Origin: Trichomonas gallinae
Taxonomy: Eukaryota
NCBI GenBank assembly: GCA_008369845.1
Contig: MRSU01008374.1
Coordinates: 1-54,721, forward strand
DNA length: 54,721 nucleotides
Reading direction: 5' to 3'
This document shows positions 52,047-54,721 of this stretch, piece after piece. Numbering within the stretch: position 1 is the first letter of the stretch; each line of letters starts with the position of its first letter. The notes beneath the pieces are model-generated. The model worked only from the letters and a program-made list of their open reading frames with translations. It made no database searches and was not told the origin of the DNA. The translations under genes and the position numbers were made by a program.

Positions 52047-52972
52047 AAGAAATGACAATGTATTCATATATAAATTTGCAGCATCAATTTGTTTTCTTAG
52101 TCTATTTCTGTGTTTTAACATTTATATAATGTAGCACAATGATGAAATATTCTATAATTTTTCACATGTTATTAAAAAAAAATAATATTTCAATATTTTT
52201 TTTATCATTAGTCTGTGGTTGGTTCTCTAAGAAACATAAAATTGCTGTATATGAAAATTTATAAAAGCTGATAAATCTTGAGTCATAATAATAGAAGATA
52301 TTGTTATGTTTCAATTTAATTTAAATGATAATCAGCTTCCATGCACATATTCTTGCCATTGGAATGATCAAGCTTGGCATTTCACTGGTGTTATCTCATA
52401 TAATAAAGAAGATTCCCATATTATTGTTGAAACTAATTTTTTCAAAAATGTGTCAAAATGTAAAGTAATTGTGTCATAATTTCAATTTACCTTTATAATT
52501 TTAATAAGGTTAATTCAAATGTCAAACAATTTTTATATTATAATTATGAAATATGAGTCATATTGATTAATTTTTTATTTGAGCAATTTACAAATGGCGA
52601 TATGTAATGCAATTTTGTCATATTTATAATTGATCCGTCAGATGTTTTATTATGTTGTATTTAGGAATAAAATAGTTTCATTTGTCCAAAAATTCAATTA
52701 TTGAACCCAATCAAACCTTTAACCGATGTCAAAATGTAAAGCGAAAATGTCAGATTGCAAATTAAATAAACGTCAAAAGAAAAATTTTTAGTCAATAAAA
52801 ATGATATGTGTGGAATTATCTATTATTTGAGCATCGATTGGAATTCAATGGTTTACGAAAGTAAAAATTCAATTGTTTTCAGAGAAATGACTGGTCGAAA
52901 TTGTTTGCAGGCTATCTAAAGAAATACCGAGTTTGTCAAAAGAGAGAATTACAAAAGTGACAGGCTCGATCG

Positions 52973-54295
52973 ATGTCATCTCAAATGAGTCACAGCGAGA
53001 TCAATAATTTCCTCACTCACGCAAACGAGTCCATCGAAAAAGGCTTCACTGCCGCTGCGCACGTTGCTCACGAGATGAAGTCTTACAGGGAGAGCTCGAT
53101 TGCCGCCAAAAGGGTCTTCACGCTCAATCCGAACAGTAAGACAATGTTTGCCCTATTTCCACAATATGCTCCATTAATTGAAGCAATAAACAAAATAATC
53201 GAACAAAATTCACGCCAAATTTCAAAAACAGTCGAAGATCCCCAGCTTTGGATCAACTTAGGCCATGGTTATCTCGTCATTGGTGATTTCCCAAACGCAT
53301 TCTCGGCTTATGCACGCGCAATTCGCTATGATCCAAATAATAACGATAAATTCTTCCTCTATGCATTCGGAATTGTCTATCACCACCACAACTATAAGGA
53401 TCACGCGCATCATTGCTTCACAAAAGTTTTAGCAGAAAAACAGAACTTCATATATTATCAAGATTTAGTTTTCAGATTCGCAATTCTTCTTCGTTCTCGC
53501 GATGATTATGCCAAAGCATTAGAATACTTCGAATATTCTCTCCAAAACCCACCAAATGGCTTGGTTGCCGCCGACATTGAATTTCAACGTGCATATACAT
53601 TGAATTTAATGGGCGACGTCAACTCCGCCTACAAGATTTATTCAACGCTCTATCAGAACTATCCAAACTCAATAGCAGCTGTCGAGCAATACACATGGTT
53701 TATTTATCTTAATAAGTTTGTTCAGCCACCATACAAAGAAATATTAGAAATTATCAACCAACACAGAGATCATCCGAACTTGGTGATTTTGGGTGCCAGA
53801 ATTGCCATGAAAGACCAACAAACCGAAAAGGCATATCAGTATTACAAAGACTGCATCCCTTATTGGAGTGAGAACCCTTACTTCTGGTGCGCACTCGGAT
53901 GTTTGTACTATCACAATAACCAGGAGGCAGACGCTGAAATCGCTTTCCAGCGTTCACTCTATTTGTGGAACAATTTCGAAGAGGCTTGGTTGAACTTAGG
54001 CCTTATTCATGAAAATACACCACAGCGTGCAATGGAAATTTACAAGAATGGCATGGAAAGATGCGAAAATAAAAGAGAACTCGAAAAACGCATGCAAATG
54101 CTTAATGTTCCAAATCACGCACCACCACAGATCGTTGAAGTCTCTGATGCTCACTTCTTCGAGCAAGTTCCTGCAAAATTTGCATCACAATATATTTCTG
54201 CTGTACCTATTCTTCCTGCTAGCTTGTTTGGTAAGGGTGTTGAAGGTCTTTGTTTCGATGAATTGTCTACTTTTCCAAAATCTCTCTTTGCGTAA
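52973..54295 (+). CDS. TPR protein, Ssn6/Cyc8 (UTX-type TPR) corepressor-like
   Basis: WINLGHGYL..GD...AFSAY, YAFGIVY, NPPNGL..ADIEFQ.AY, NPYFWCALGCLYY..NQ..DA..AF.RSL.L and EAWLNLG are Ssn6-type TPR signatures. Confidence 0.85.
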   Translation: MSSQMSHSEINNFLTHANESIEKGFTAAAHVAHEMKSYRESSIAAKRVFTLNPNSKTMFALFPQYAPLIEAINKIIEQNSRQISKTVEDPQLWINLGHGYLVIGDFPNAFSAYARAIRYDPNNNDKFFLYAFGIVYHHHNYKDHAHHCFTKVLAEKQNFIYYQDLVFRFAILLRSRDDYAKALEYFEYSLQNPPNGLVAADIEFQRAYTLNLMGDVNSAYKIYSTLYQNYPNSIAAVEQYTWFIYLNKFVQPPYKEILEIINQHRDHPNLVILGARIAMKDQQTEKAYQYYKDCIPYWSENPYFWCALGCLYYHNNQEADAEIAFQRSLYLWNNFEEAWLNLGLIHENTPQRAMEIYKNGMERCENKRELEKRMQMLNVPNHAPPQIVEVSDAHFFEQVPAKFASQYISAVPILPASLFGKGVEGLCFDELSTFPKSLFA

Positions 54296-54680
54296 TAAAA
54301 AATATCTATTTATCATTCATTACTCACTTTTTTACAAAAAATTTCCATCTTATATATACTGTCGCTTTCCCCATTAATAACATTGGGAAAATTGCGTGAC
54401 TTGTGAATAACATAAAATTAAAAATTTAATTTATCATGGTGCTAGATTTATATGTATTTTATTCATATACTTTAGCTAATATTTACAATGATATAGCAGG
54501 TTAACGAAGAGTTAATAATATCATCTAAGATATTCATCAATCATTACTTTAATTAAAATTGAGCGTTTAAAAACACTTAACAGTACGAAAATAATATAGT
54601 TTATAATATAGCAATAGAATTATTAAATGTCCCCCCGAGGTTTGTACGTTATAAAAAAGCTCACTTTTTCTGCCTCGGTC

Positions 54681-54721
54681 ATGGTTATCGCCGCTGTTCT
54701 CAACCACGGCTTCGAAAAGCT
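54681..54721 (+). CDS. 5' end of a gene running off the right edge (partial; MVIAAVLNHGFEK...)
   Basis: Inr-like TCACTTT at 54661 followed by ATG and C-ending codons (ATC GCC CTC AAC CAC GGC TTC). Open to the window end. Confidence 0.5.
   Translation, partial: MVIAAVLNHGFEK

Noticed and set aside
4287..54377. The many short antisense or alternate-frame ORFs nested in long genes (e.g. 4287-4697, 8159-8728, 32780-33313, 45727-46206, 54009-54377)
   Set aside because: They overlap well-supported CDSs, show no recognisable motifs, and are expected shadows of codon bias and low-complexity regions.
1..54721. Spliceosomal introns, tRNA/rRNA/snoRNA genes, intact Maverick or mariner elements
   Set aside because: By eye I found no trichomonad-type CTAAC...ACAG intron ends, no cloverleaf or rRNA-like segments, and no intact integrase, polymerase or transposase ORFs. 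A covariance-model scan could still find small RNAs.

Overview
An AT-rich, gene-dense, apparently intron-less eukaryotic chromosome segment, most consistent with a trichomonad (Trichomonas vaginalis-like). That call is inferred from TCA(T/C)T initiator-like motifs just before ATGs, AAAGTGAC (M2-like) promoter motifs, and GP63-like, glycine-rich and PA14/EGF surface families. There are about 25 protein-coding genes: a redox-inactive PDI/ERp29-like protein, a Siva-like zinc finger, RhoGAP, soluble pyrophosphatase, a GP63-like membrane protein lacking its zinc ligands, an LRR protein, WDR17, THUMPD1/Tan1, CK2 alpha, a GCN1-like HEAT protein, a TOR kinase, BLOC1S1, a RUN-like protein, a MYBBP1A/Pol5-like protein, a U2AF65-like protein, a PA14-EGF-PA14-like protein, an Ssn6/Cyc8-like TPR protein, two membrane microproteins and several hypotheticals, plus partial genes at both ends. 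A glycine-rich gene appears frameshifted. I saw no rRNA, tRNA, CRISPR array, canonical trichomonad intron or intact transposon. The most notable unexplained structures are: an ungapped ~150-bp inverted repeat pair (81% identical by hand count) bracketing the GCN1-like/TOR block; a dense AAAGTGAC array in a divergent promoter; a recurrent TTTACATG(T/A/G)CAA upstream motif; a TOR with degenerate rapamycin-binding and hinge residues; and two probable pseudoenzymes. All family assignments come from motifs recognised by eye, not from database searches. I did not find clear evidence of a self-contained novel multi-gene system.
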